DNA of 64,000 nucleotides from an uncultured delta proteobacterium (GTDB lineage: Bacteria; Myxococcota_A; Polyangia; Polyangiales; Polyangiaceae): contig CAWAIF010000003.1 of assembly GCA_963782055.1 (NCBI GenBank), positions 5,856,001 to 5,920,000 of the forward strand, read 5' to 3'. Both the position numbers and the translations under genes were made by a program. This document shows, piece by piece, positions 40,368 through 49,617 of the stretch. Position 1 is the first letter of the stretch. Every line of letters starts with the position of its first letter. The notes under the pieces were generated by a model that saw only the letters and a list, made by a program, of their open reading frames with translations, had not been told where the DNA came from and ran no database searches.

Positions 40368-41303
40368 TCACTTGCCGAGCGCGCCGCGGTAGACCCAGCC
40401 TTCGCTCTGGTTCTTGTCGCCGAAGTGGATCGGGTACCAGCCCGCCTCCAGCTTGCCGAGCTGGACGCGCGTGCCCCGCGGCAGCCGCGCGATGATCTTC
40501 CCGGTGTGCGGCGCATCGCGGATGATGGCGACATCCCACGCGACGACGCCCACGCCGTCGGGCAGATCGGCCGCCGCCGCCCCGGCGGGCGTGCCGCCCC
40601 TCGCGTGAGAGGGCGTGGCGGTGACGGCGGCAGGGGTCGACCCGGACGCCGCAGGCGACGTGCTCTCGCCACCCTCCGTCTCGATGTGCACGACGTACAG
40701 CACGGTGTAGCGCGGGTTGTCGTGCGCCACCGACTTGAGGCTCATCGTCTTGAACTCGCCGGCGAGCACCGCCTTGAGCGAGCCGGGGTCCTTCACGCTG
40801 GAGGACTTCCCGCTCTCCACCGAGACGCGGTTGCGCCCGAAGTCCAGGCCCAGGATGACGTTGAGCTTGCCCGGGTTCTGCGCGGCGACCGGCGCCGCGG
40901 TGAGCTTCTGGATGCGCGCCTGGACGATCGCGTCCAGCCCGAGCAGCGTGCCGCAGTCGCGTCGCTTCAGCGTGTCGCCCGCGTCGGTCTTGCACGAGAG
41001 CACGATGGCGCGGCCGACGTGGACCTTCGGCGGGGCCGCGACCGGGGTCACCGACCCGGACGCGGCGGCGGTCACGGCGACGGCCGCCTGCGCGGCGGAC
41101 GCCGACGGCGGCGCTTCCGGCGCGCGCGCGGCGAGCGCCGACAGGGCCTCGGCCGGCGCGCTGGGGCCGAGCCGCACGCCCACGATCTTGGGCCAGGCGA
41201 TGCCGACGGCGAACCCCACCACGGCGATCACCCCGACGCGGGTCCACGACGGCTGGTTGGCCTCCGGCGGGGGGATCTGGACGGCGAGGGGCTTGCTGCG
41301 CAT
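40368..41303 (-). CDS. Membrane-anchored protein with C-terminal bacterial SH3-like domain
   Basis: N-terminal TM (VGVIAVVGFAVGIAW); C-terminal IRDAPHTGKIIARLPRGTRV..GWYPI..EGWVY. Confidence 0.7.
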   Translation of the reverse strand: MRSKPLAVQIPPPEANQPSWTRVGVIAVVGFAVGIAWPKIVGVRLGPSAPAEALSALAARAPEAPPSASAAQAAVAVTAAASGSVTPVAAPPKVHVGRAIVLSCKTDAGDTLKRRDCGTLLGLDAIVQARIQKLTAAPVAAQNPGKLNVILGLDFGRNRVSVESGKSSSVKDPGSLKAVLAGEFKTMSLKSVAHDNPRYTVLYVVHIETEGGESTSPAASGSTPAAVTATPSHARGGTPAGAAAADLPDGVGVVAWDVAIIRDAPHTGKIIARLPRGTRVQLGKLEAGWYPIHFGDKNQSEGWVYRGALGK

Positions 41304-41481
41304 CGCGGGCGATCGTTAGCACGGGCGGCCAAAACGGGCGAAAAACCGGGGAGTCCTGCGGCCGCGGCGCCCCGGCACCATGTGCGCGGGGTGCAAAGGT
41401 ACGCCCGCATGCGAAGACGATGTAAACCGCATCTTCCCGCTTGATCGCGCCGAACGGCCGGTGGTACGCCGTCGCGTCGCC

Positions 41482-41691
41482 ATGAAGATCACCACCGTCT
41501 TCGTCGCCTTCGTCCTCGCGCTCGGCGCGGTCGCGTGCACCCACGTCGCTCCCTACGAGCGTGGGCAGCTCGCCAACCCGACGATGACCGGCGCCGACAT
41601 CGACGGCCTCGCCGCGTCACACGTCCGTGCGGTGCACGAGGGCGCGACAGGCGGCGGGTCGATCGCCGAGAGCGGCTGCGGCTGCAACTGA
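41482..41691 (+). CDS. DUF4266 small lipoprotein
   Basis: Lipobox AVAC, VAPYERGQLA and C-terminal GCGCN, which are characteristic of DUF4266. Confidence 0.85.
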   Translation: MKITTVFVAFVLALGAVACTHVAPYERGQLANPTMTGADIDGLAASHVRAVHEGATGGGSIAESGCGCN

Positions 41692-41789
41692 GCGGCGCGC
41701 GCGCACGCTCGAGCCGCCCGCGAATCGCGTCGCGCGGGATGCGTGCCTGATCGTACCGCCCTCGCGGTACAGAGCTGCAACGCAGCGTC

Positions 41790-43061
41790 ATGCCGAACAT
41801 CCACGTCCGCGGGGCCACCACGAAGCGACATGCGCGCCCGCGCGACCGGCGCGCCGGACGCGTTCGCGCATGGGCGCTGCTCGCCATGCTCCTCGTGGCC
41901 TCCCCCGTCGCCGCCGACGACACCAAGAACGCGGTGAAGGAGGCGGCGCCCGGGCCGAGCGACACCACCACCAAGACCGCGGCGATCGAGATCGCGACCT
42001 ACAAGGACAGCGATCACATCAGCGTCTTCACGCCCTCCATCGCCGCGGGCGTCGAGAACGTCACGCGCGGCGCCTCCGTCCGCGGCAGCTACCTCGTCGA
42101 CGTGGTGTCCGCGGCGTCGGTGGACATCGTGTCCACCGCGTCGCAGCGCTGGCAGGAGGTACGTCACGCCGGCTCGCTCGAGGCCGAGTACAAGCCGCAC
42201 ACCTTCGGCGTCACCGTGGCGGGCGCGCTCTCCAGCGAGCCCGACTACTTCTCGTACAACTTCAGCGCGCTCTCCGCGCTGGACCTCTTCGAGAAGAACA
42301 CCACGCTCACCTTCGGCTTCGGCTTCGGGCACGACACCATCGGCCGACACGGCACGCCCTTCTCCGTCTTCGCGCGTGACCTCTCGCGCGGGTCCTTCAC
42401 CGGCGGCATCACGCAGGTCGTCAACCGCACCACCGTCGTCGGCGCCAGCCTCGACGTGGTGATCGAGAACGGCGACCAGTCCAAGCCGTACCGCTACGTC
42501 CCCATGTTCGCGCCGGACGTGGCGCCGACCGTCCCCAACGGCGCGTCGATCGACTCGGTCAACGCCAACCGCCTCCCGGAGCGGCTGCTCGAGCAGACGC
42601 CCCTCGCGCGCCGCCGCTTCGCCGTGACCGCGCGCTACGCGCACCGCTTCGAGACCTCCACCCTCCGCCTGCAGGAGCGCATCTACTACGACTCCTGGGG
42701 GCTCTTCGCCTCCACCACCAACGCCCGCTGGATCTTCGACTTCGGCCGGCGGCTCGAGCTCTGGCCGGAGGCGCGCTTCCACGGCCAGTCGGCGGTGAGC
42801 TTCTGGAAGCGCGCGTACGTGTCCGGCCCGGCGCCCGGGTGGGACCTGCCCGAGCTGCGCACCGGCGACCGCGAGCTCGGCCCGCTCTGGACCGTCTCCG
42901 GCGGCGGCGGCGTCAAGCTCTTCCTCGGAGGCAAGGCCGACCCGCGCGCGTGGGCGCTCTCCCTGCAGGTCACCGGCCTGTACACGGGCTTCCTCGACAA
43001 TCTGTACCTCACGCAGCGCACCGGGTTCCTCGGCTCGCTCATGCTGGAGGCGGAGCTATGA
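41790..43061 (+). CDS. DUF3570 predicted outer-membrane beta-barrel protein
   Basis: VDVVSAASVDIVSTAS, SSEPDYFS, PYRYV, RIYYDSWG; alternating amphipathic strands; follows the DUF4266 gene. The true start may lie slightly downstream. Confidence 0.8.
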   Translation: MPNIHVRGATTKRHARPRDRRAGRVRAWALLAMLLVASPVAADDTKNAVKEAAPGPSDTTTKTAAIEIATYKDSDHISVFTPSIAAGVENVTRGASVRGSYLVDVVSAASVDIVSTASQRWQEVRHAGSLEAEYKPHTFGVTVAGALSSEPDYFSYNFSALSALDLFEKNTTLTFGFGFGHDTIGRHGTPFSVFARDLSRGSFTGGITQVVNRTTVVGASLDVVIENGDQSKPYRYVPMFAPDVAPTVPNGASIDSVNANRLPERLLEQTPLARRRFAVTARYAHRFETSTLRLQERIYYDSWGLFASTTNARWIFDFGRRLELWPEARFHGQSAVSFWKRAYVSGPAPGWDLPELRTGDRELGPLWTVSGGGGVKLFLGGKADPRAWALSLQVTGLYTGFLDNLYLTQRTGFLGSLMLEAEL

Positions 43062-43564
43062 CGCGTCACGCCCTCCTCGTGGCGGGATTGCTCGGGGCCG
43101 CCGCGCTCTCGGCCTCGTGCGACGACCCCGTCCACGACAGCACCATCGACGCGCTCGGCCCGGAGGACCCCTCCGTCCCGCGGGGCCCGAACCACCGCCC
43201 CGGTCAGCCGTGCGTGGAGTGCCACCAGAGCGAGGGGCCGGCCTCGACGGTGTTCCTCTTCGGCGGGACGGTCTTCGCCACGCAGGGCGCGAGCAATCCC
43301 GCCTCCGGCGTCACGGTGCACCTCACCGACTCCAACGGGGACATGCACGACGTGACCACCAACGACGCGGGCAACTTCTGGGTGACGCCCTCCGACTGGT
43401 CGCCCACCCTCCCGGTCAACGTCTCCATCGAGGACACCAACGCGGGCGTGGGCCAGGCGATGAACTCGCACATCGGCCACGCGGGCTCCTGCGCCTTCTG
43501 CCACACGCCGAACGTGGGTCCCACCTCGCCCGGGCCCGTCTACGTCAACGGGGCGAACCCATGA
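43058..43564 (+). CDS. Diheme c-type cytochrome lipoprotein
   Basis: Lipobox SASC; CVECH and CAFCH flank a beta-rich segment (GVTVHLTDSNG..TTNDAGNF); ATGA overlap with the DUF3570 gene. Confidence 0.8.
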   Translation: MTRHALLVAGLLGAAALSASCDDPVHDSTIDALGPEDPSVPRGPNHRPGQPCVECHQSEGPASTVFLFGGTVFATQGASNPASGVTVHLTDSNGDMHDVTTNDAGNFWVTPSDWSPTLPVNVSIEDTNAGVGQAMNSHIGHAGSCAFCHTPNVGPTSPGPVYVNGANP

Positions 43565-44091
43565 AACACCTCGCCGGCAGCCTCCTCGCGCTGGGCGCGA
43601 TGGCCTCGGTCGTCGCGGCGGCGTGCTCCACGCCCCCCGCCGATTCGCGCATCGGGATCGACGCGCCCTCCCGCGCGCAGTTCGACCCCGTGGGCGGATA
43701 CCTGGAGCACCGGTGCGGCTCCCTCGACTGCCACGGGTCCATCGCCCGCAACATGCGCATCTACGGCTGCAACGGCCTGCGGCTCAGCGGGTCCGACTCC
43801 CCCGGCTGCGCGTCCGACGGCTTCGCCGGCCCGGATACGACGCAGGCGGAGCTCGACGCCACGTACCGCTCGGTGGTCGCCCTCGAGCCGACCGTCATGA
43901 GCGCGGTGGTCGACGGCAACGGCGAGCACCCGGAGTGGCTCACCCTGGTGCGCAAGGCGCGCGGCATGGAAAACCACAAGGGCGGCGCCCTCATCACCCC
44001 GGGCGACCCACAGGACGTGTGCATCACCTCGTGGCTCGCCGGCAACACCGACTCCGGCGCGTGCCTCCAGGCGACCAACAAGTACCCATGA
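43561..44091 (+). CDS. Lipoprotein with atypical CX4CH heme-like motif
   Basis: Lipobox AAAC; RCGSLDCHG; later LVRKARGMENHKGG and CITSWL; ATGA overlap. Confidence 0.7.
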   Translation: MKHLAGSLLALGAMASVVAAACSTPPADSRIGIDAPSRAQFDPVGGYLEHRCGSLDCHGSIARNMRIYGCNGLRLSGSDSPGCASDGFAGPDTTQAELDATYRSVVALEPTVMSAVVDGNGEHPEWLTLVRKARGMENHKGGALITPGDPQDVCITSWLAGNTDSGACLQATNKYP

Positions 44092-45722
44092 TCCGCCGCC
44101 CGCGCCTCCTCCTGCCGTCGCTCCCGGCGCGCGCCCTCGTCGGCGTCGCGCTGGCGGCGGCGCTCGTGCTCACGGCGACGAGCGCCCGCGCCGAGAACAG
44201 GCGCGTGGAGTCGGCGGCGCGCCACGCGCTCCACAAGGCCGCCGACGAGTTCCTCGCGCTCAAGTACGACAAGGCCATCGCGCGACTGAGCCACGCGATC
44301 GCCGCGTGCGGCAAGAGTCGCTGCACCGAGAAGACCCACGCCGAGCTCCTGCGCGACCGCGGCACGATGCTCCTCGCCAAGGGCAGCAAGCAGCGCGCGA
44401 GCGCCGACTTCATCGCCGCGCTGAAGATCGCGCCCACGCTCGAGCTCAACCCGGACTACGCGACCCGCGCGTCCCGTGCCGCGTGGTCGGAGGCGCGGCA
44501 GTCGGTCATCGGCCTCACGCAGCCCACCGGCGACTTCACGCACACGCCGGCGCCGGAGCAGCAGGTGCACACCCCCCTGCCCGTCTACGTGGAGGACCTG
44601 GGCGAGAACCTGGCGCGCGTCATCGTGCGTTACCGCGGCGAGGGCATGGGCGAGTTCCGCACCGCGAAGCTGAAGCCCCTCGGCAAGGGCTGGGGCGGGG
44701 AGATCCCGTGCGCGGCCGTCGAGACGGGCATGATGCGCTACTACATCCTCGGCTACGACAGGCGCGGCGAGCCCGTCGCCAACACGGGCAACGTGCACCA
44801 CCCGTTCATGGTGCCCATCCGCGAGAACATCAGCTCCCCGTCCCCTCACCTGCCGCACCGCCCCGCGCCGGAGCAGTGCGAGGACTGCAACGAGCACCCC
44901 GAGTCGTGCGGGCGCAAGGAGGAGTCGCGCGGGGGCATCGGCGCGGTGTGCGACGTGGACGCGCAGTGCGAGAGCGGCGCGTGCCGCGACGACCGCTGCG
45001 TGGCAAGCGCCCCCGCGCAGTCGGGCGGCACGACCTACGCGCGCTGGTGGTTCGGCGTGGCCACGTCGATGGACCTCGTGGGGGCGGGCGCCTCCGGCGA
45101 CGTGTGCAAGCTCGACGCGAACGCCGCGCCGGTCAACGGCGACGGCTACTACTGCACCAACCCCGACGGCACCGACTTCCCCACCCGCGACTCCCCCGAT
45201 CAGAACGCCACGCTCGGCGCCGGTGACGCCGGGCAGGCCGGCGGCGGCCTCTTCGGCGGCAACGTGCGCGTGATGGCCAGCTTCGACTACGCCCTCAACG
45301 CGAACTTCCTCGTGGGCGCGCGCCTCGGCTGGGCGGTCACCTCCTACCCGGGACAGGCCGCGTCGAAGGATGGTCGCGAGCTGCCGGTCCCCATCCACGT
45401 GGAGGCACGCGCGACGTTCGTCTTCGGCGAGGCCGCCCTGGCCGACCTCGGCTTCGCGCCGGTGATCTTCGGGGCCGCGGGCGTCTCCAACTTCGACGCC
45501 GGGCAGACGGTGATGGTCACGCAGAGCGGCATCCCCGGCCAGCAGCCGATCGTTGCGTGGCGCGTGGGCGGGCCCGGGTTCATCGCGGTGGGCGGCGGCT
45601 TCCGCTACGCCCTGTCGCAGCGCATCGCCTTCAGCGCCGCGGCGAAGTTCACCGCCGCGCTCGGTCCGACGGGGTTCCTCCCGACGATCGGACCGGAGGT
45701 CGCGCTGCAGTACGGGTTCTAG
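44088..45722 (+). CDS. Exported TPR-like + Ig-like + Cys-rich protein with C-terminal beta-barrel-like region
   Basis: Signal peptide (ARA-E); helical N-terminus; Cys cluster CDVDAQCESGACRDDRC; ends in the outer-membrane-type signal EVALQYGF; ATGA overlap. Confidence 0.7.
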   Translation: MIRRPRLLLPSLPARALVGVALAAALVLTATSARAENRRVESAARHALHKAADEFLALKYDKAIARLSHAIAACGKSRCTEKTHAELLRDRGTMLLAKGSKQRASADFIAALKIAPTLELNPDYATRASRAAWSEARQSVIGLTQPTGDFTHTPAPEQQVHTPLPVYVEDLGENLARVIVRYRGEGMGEFRTAKLKPLGKGWGGEIPCAAVETGMMRYYILGYDRRGEPVANTGNVHHPFMVPIRENISSPSPHLPHRPAPEQCEDCNEHPESCGRKEESRGGIGAVCDVDAQCESGACRDDRCVASAPAQSGGTTYARWWFGVATSMDLVGAGASGDVCKLDANAAPVNGDGYYCTNPDGTDFPTRDSPDQNATLGAGDAGQAGGGLFGGNVRVMASFDYALNANFLVGARLGWAVTSYPGQAASKDGRELPVPIHVEARATFVFGEAALADLGFAPVIFGAAGVSNFDAGQTVMVTQSGIPGQQPIVAWRVGGPGFIAVGGGFRYALSQRIAFSAAAKFTAALGPTGFLPTIGPEVALQYGF

Positions 45723-45738
45723 ATGAGCGGTCGCGATT

Positions 45739-45757
45739 CGCGAACGCGAACGCGAAC
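45739..45757. repeat. (CGCGAA)3 short tandem repeat between convergent operons
   Basis: cgcgaa cgcgaa cgcgaa c. Confidence 0.7.
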
Positions 45758-45820
45758 CAAGGGGGAAGCCGCCGAATTCACTTCGGCGTAGCCAAATCGT
45801 GCACGCTGATTGAGGGCTCG

Positions 45821-46339
45821 CTACGGCTTCATCGTGAAGCCGATGACCAGGATGCCGCCCTGGTAGCTCTGCCCCGCGACGAAGAAGGTCTCGTTCGCCG
45901 TGGCGGTGACCTCCAGCAGCTTCAGGTAGGCGCTGCCGCCCGGCTGGTTGATCGCCGCGGCGACGCGGTAGCGGTGATCCGCCGTGACGTCCTCGAGGGT
46001 GATCTGCAGCGTGCGCTTGTTGACCATCCCGTAGGTGGCGGGCTTGCCCTTGTCCAGGCCGATGGCCTTGCGGTCGAGCAGCTTGTAGGTGTTGTACGCG
46101 GAGAAGGGCGGCTTCTTGAGCTGCGGCAGGTTGCCGATCTGCGGGTCGATGGAGCCGGCGCCCGCCTGCTGCGTGGCGTGCAGGACCATCACCTCCACCG
46201 TGGCGTGCGACGGCGCGGGAGCATGCGCCGCAGGCGGCTGCGCGTACGCGCCGGGGACAGCCGCGAGCACGAGGGCCGCCGCGGTCACCACGGAGGCCGC
46301 CAGGAGGCGGGGAGTGCGTCGGGAGAAGAGGCTAGCCAT
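45821..46339 (-). CDS. Exported hypothetical protein co-transcribed with the ECF sigma/anti-sigma pair
   Basis: Signal peptide (AYA-Q), GC-biased codons, beta-rich mature region. Confidence 0.7.
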   Translation of the reverse strand: MASLFSRRTPRLLAASVVTAAALVLAAVPGAYAQPPAAHAPAPSHATVEVMVLHATQQAGAGSIDPQIGNLPQLKKPPFSAYNTYKLLDRKAIGLDKGKPATYGMVNKRTLQITLEDVTADHRYRVAAAINQPGGSAYLKLLEVTATANETFFVAGQSYQGGILVIGFTMKP

Positions 46340-46345
46340 GGCGCT

Positions 46346-46936
46346 TCACTGGGCTCCGTTCGAGTCGTCGATCCACACGACCACGCTCTGCGCGGGGGTA
46401 TCGGCTGCGGGGGCGTTGTCCACGTAGAAGACCGACACCGCGTGCGAGCCGGTGTCGACCGAATCGACCTCTACGCTGCGAGACCGTAGCTGCGCAAGGG
46501 CCCCGGAGGGATCCGGCGTGGGGACGGGAGCGGTGGTCAGGGGGGCGGTGGCGACCGGGACGGCCGGGCCCTGGTTGGTCGCTTGCTGCGGGGTCTCCGC
46601 GCCCTGGCGGACGTAGAGGAACACCGCGGCGGCGATGGCAGCCACCGACGCCGCGACGAACGCCATCCGCACGCGGCCATGGCGCTTGAGGCGCGCCCGG
46701 TCCAGCTCGTTGGGGACCAGACGCCCCATGATCTCGTCGGTGATCTCCAGCGACGCCGCGCTCCCCGTGGGGGCGGCGGCGCGGACGCCCTCGCCCAGCG
46801 CGCGGATGGAGGCGAGCAGCTCCCGGGCCTCGACGCTGGCGGTGACCATGCCCTCGACGCGGGCGGCCTCGTCCGCTTCCAGCTCGCCGTCGGCGTAGGC
46901 CATCACGTCCAGCATCTCCTTCTCCGCGAGGGTCAC
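46346..46936 (-). CDS. Membrane anti-sigma factor
   Basis: MAYADGELEADEAARVE resembles an anti-sigma N-terminus (no HxxxCxxC); single TM; GTGA overlap with the sigma gene. Confidence 0.75.
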   Translation of the reverse strand: MTLAEKEMLDVMAYADGELEADEAARVEGMVTASVEARELLASIRALGEGVRAAAPTGSAASLEITDEIMGRLVPNELDRARLKRHGRVRMAFVAASVAAIAAAVFLYVRQGAETPQQATNQGPAVPVATAPLTTAPVPTPDPSGALAQLRSRSVEVDSVDTGSHAVSVFYVDNAPAADTPAQSVVVWIDDSNGAQ

Positions 46937-47796
46937 GACGACTCCTCCCCCTCCCCGCGACCGGACTTCTCGGCGGCGGCCTCACGCAGCTCGGGGCCCC
47001 GGACCTGCTCCTGATAGCAGTCCACCAGCGCCCTCTGCAGCTTCTGCCTTGCGTGAAACAACCGGCTCATGATCGTGCCCTTCGAGACGCCCATCGCCTG
47101 CGCCATCTCTTCGTAGCTCAGCCCCTCCACCTCGCGCATCACGATGACGCCGCGGTGGTAGTCCGGCAGGGCGTCGAGCGCCTGCTGTAGCCGCGCGGCA
47201 ATCTCGCCGCGACGCACCACGTCGGAGGGGTCTGAGCCGTCGATGCGGCTGACGAACGGGAAGTCGATCTCGCGTGTCTCCTCTTGGTCGTGCCGGCTGT
47301 CGTCCAGTTGGGCGACCTGCCGGCCAGGTTTTCGGATGAGGTCGATGCTCAAGTTGGTGATGATGCGATAAAGCCAGGTGAAGAAGCTCGACTGTCCCTG
47401 GAAGTTCCCCAGGTTCTTGTAAACTCGCAGGAATGCGTCCTGAACCAGCTCTCGGGCGTCGTTCTCGTCACGGACGAGCGAGAGGGCGATGGAGAAGGCC
47501 CGGCGCTGGTGACGCTCGACAAGACTGCGAAATGCGACGGTATCCCCTGCCTGCGCCCTCGCGATGAGGGCCCGGTCCTCCTCGGCCTCTTTGGCCCGTG
47601 TTTCCTTGCTGTTGGACGCCCCCGCGGCAGCCCTATTCACCCGCCCCAGCGAAACGACCTTCGCACGACGCTCGGCATCGGCGGGCCGGGGCGCGGGCTC
47701 CGGCCCCGCGTTTTCCCCGGGGTCGGAGGCCTCTCGCGGCCGGGCCGGGGCGGGCGTCGCGCCCCGCTTCTTCGGATCCTCGGCTCGGGAGCTCAT
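46933..47796 (-). CDS. ECF RNA polymerase sigma factor (RpoE-like)
   Basis: Region 2 DARELVQDAFLRVY..FFTWLYRIITN; region 4 LPDYHRGVIVMREVEGLSYEEMA..GTIMSRLFHARQKL. Start position uncertain. Confidence 0.9.
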   Translation of the reverse strand: MSSRAEDPKKRGATPAPARPREASDPGENAGPEPAPRPADAERRAKVVSLGRVNRAAAGASNSKETRAKEAEEDRALIARAQAGDTVAFRSLVERHQRRAFSIALSLVRDENDARELVQDAFLRVYKNLGNFQGQSSFFTWLYRIITNLSIDLIRKPGRQVAQLDDSRHDQEETREIDFPFVSRIDGSDPSDVVRRGEIAARLQQALDALPDYHRGVIVMREVEGLSYEEMAQAMGVSKGTIMSRLFHARQKLQRALVDCYQEQVRGPELREAAAEKSGRGEGEESS

Positions 47797-47856
47797 CGCG
47801 CGATCACCGTAGCCGATGCCGCCACGGATGCCGAGCGCCTCCGGCGCGGCGGCGGG

Positions 47857-49011
47857 TCAGCGCCTGGGCTGGAGAACCCCGAGCGTGACCGGCACGTCCT
47901 TCTCCTTGCCCACGCGGTCCACCTTGAGGGTGACCGTCTTGCCGACCCCGGTGGTGCTGGCCATCCACTGCAGCTCCTGCCCGCGGCCGACGGGCTTGCC
48001 GTCGAAGGCGACGATGACGTCTCCAGGCGAAAGGCCGGCCTTGTCGGCCGGGCCGCCGGGGACCACGTACTCGACCACCGCGCCCTTGTCCCCGGTGACC
48101 TTCAGGTCGGTCTTGTCGTCGACGGAGAGCTCGCGCACGTCCCGGATGCTCACGCCGATGGCGCTGCGCACGACGCGCCCATCCCGCAGGAGCATGGGCA
48201 GCAGCTGCTTGACCATGTTGATCGGGATGGCGAAGCCGATGCCCTGCGCGCCACCGCCGCGGATGGCCGAGTTGATGCCGACGACCTGGCCCTGCAGGTC
48301 CAGCAGCGGCCCGCCGGAGTTGCCGGGGTTGATGCTCGCGTCGGTCTGCAGGAAGTCGTAGTAGCCGGCCGGGTCGAGTGGCACGTCGTCCTTGGTGCGC
48401 CCCTTGGCGCTCACAATCCCCGCCGACACCGTGTGCTCCAGGCCGAAGGGGTTGCCGATGGCGACGACCCAGTCGCCCACCTGGATGGCATCGGAGTCTC
48501 CGAGGGGGATGGGCTTGAGGGCGAGGCCTGTGGGATCGATGTGGATGACGGCGATGTCAGTGGGCCAATCGCGCCCGATGATCTTGGCGGGGAGCACCTT
48601 GTCGTCGGCGAGCTTCACGCTGATGCTCTGCGCCTCCTCGCTGCCGCCCTCTTCACTCACCACGTGGTTGTTGGTGAGGATGGTGCCGTCCTTGTCGATG
48701 ACGAAGCCGGTACCGAGGCCCTTGGCCTCCCGCCGCGCGCGGTGGCCGCCCCAGCCCTCCACCACTTCCTCCCCGACGGTGGTGATGGTCACCACGCTCG
48801 CGTTCACCTGCTTGACGATGGGTGCGAAGGAGACGGGCTGGAGCTTCACCAGCGGCTTGCCCGGATCGACGGGGGCGGGCGGCGGCGCGGTGGCCGTCGT
48901 CGCAGAGGCGCTGGCCGCGGCCGCGCCGCCGTCGTCCTTCTTTCCGCAGGCCGTGAGGGCCACGAGGAAGCTCAACAGGAACGGCGCGGCGGGTCGCAGC
49001 ATGGTGGTCAC
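47857..49011 (-). CDS. htrA: HtrA/DegP-family serine protease lipoprotein with one PDZ domain
   Basis: Lipobox LTAC; triad TNNHVV, DIAV, QTDASINPGNSGGPL; PDZ segment GGPADKAGL. Confidence 0.92.
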   Translation of the reverse strand: MTTMLRPAAPFLLSFLVALTACGKKDDGGAAAASASATTATAPPPAPVDPGKPLVKLQPVSFAPIVKQVNASVVTITTVGEEVVEGWGGHRARREAKGLGTGFVIDKDGTILTNNHVVSEEGGSEEAQSISVKLADDKVLPAKIIGRDWPTDIAVIHIDPTGLALKPIPLGDSDAIQVGDWVVAIGNPFGLEHTVSAGIVSAKGRTKDDVPLDPAGYYDFLQTDASINPGNSGGPLLDLQGQVVGINSAIRGGGAQGIGFAIPINMVKQLLPMLLRDGRVVRSAIGVSIRDVRELSVDDKTDLKVTGDKGAVVEYVVPGGPADKAGLSPGDVIVAFDGKPVGRGQELQWMASTTGVGKTVTLKVDRVGKEKDVPVTLGVLQPRR

Positions 49012-49280
49012 TTCTTCTTCGATTGCTCCACGTAGCGGAGGCGGAGGTCGAACAGGATCTGGGTGAGCAGGCGCTCCTCGTCCCCGTCCAGGTTTCCCTT
49101 GGTCTTGTCCTCCAGCAGGCCGAGGACGTCGATGGTCTGCTTGGCGAGGGGGAGGTTGATCTGCACCTTCTCCCCTTCGGGGTGCGGGGCATCCCCGAGG
49201 TGCACCATCGCCGAGTGGCTGAGCGACAGGATGAACGTCGCGAAATCGATGCTGGGGAGGCTCTCTTGCTCGTCCGTCAC
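49008..49280 (-). CDS. DUF1844 family protein
   Basis: IDFATFILSL..MVHLG..AKQTIDVLGLLEDKTKGNL..E..L..LRLRYV; GTGA overlaps on both sides. Confidence 0.85.
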   Translation of the reverse strand: MTDEQESLPSIDFATFILSLSHSAMVHLGDAPHPEGEKVQINLPLAKQTIDVLGLLEDKTKGNLDGDEERLLTQILFDLRLRYVEQSKKK

Positions 49281-49486
49281 GAATCGCCCGCTTCGTTGTC
49301 CTCGGCTTCGTCCTCGTCCTCCCGGACGAGAGCGGGCTGAGGCACGCTCACCGGCTCGGCCAGCGAGGCCTGGTCGGGGAGGGAGGAATGCAGCTTCTCC
49401 ACGTCCTTGTCCGTCAAGGTGCCGTTCTTCAGGTTGCGTTCGCGGACGCGGATGTCCAGGTCCCAAGGGTTGACTTTGTTGGTCAT
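49277..49486 (-). CDS. Small hypothetical protein with acidic tail
   Basis: MTNKVNPWDLDIRVRERNLKNG..LPD; RBS GGAG; coupled to the DUF1844 gene. Confidence 0.65.
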   Translation of the reverse strand: MTNKVNPWDLDIRVRERNLKNGTLTDKDVEKLHSSLPDQASLAEPVSVPQPALVREDEDEAEDNEAGDS

Positions 49487-49617
49487 GGCAGCTCCGTCGT
49501 GTGGGGACGGAGCAAGTAGCACAGGCGGGGCCGAAGGGGGAGGCCGGGGGTGAAACCCGGTCCGGCCGAGCTTTATGCCCGCTTCGGGAACGCCCTGAAG
49601 GCGCGTACGATGGGGCC

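Noticed and set aside
41340..41481. sigma54 promoter upstream of the DUF4266 operon
   Set aside because: Only weak GG-N10-GC matches without TTGC were found, which are expected by chance at this GC content.
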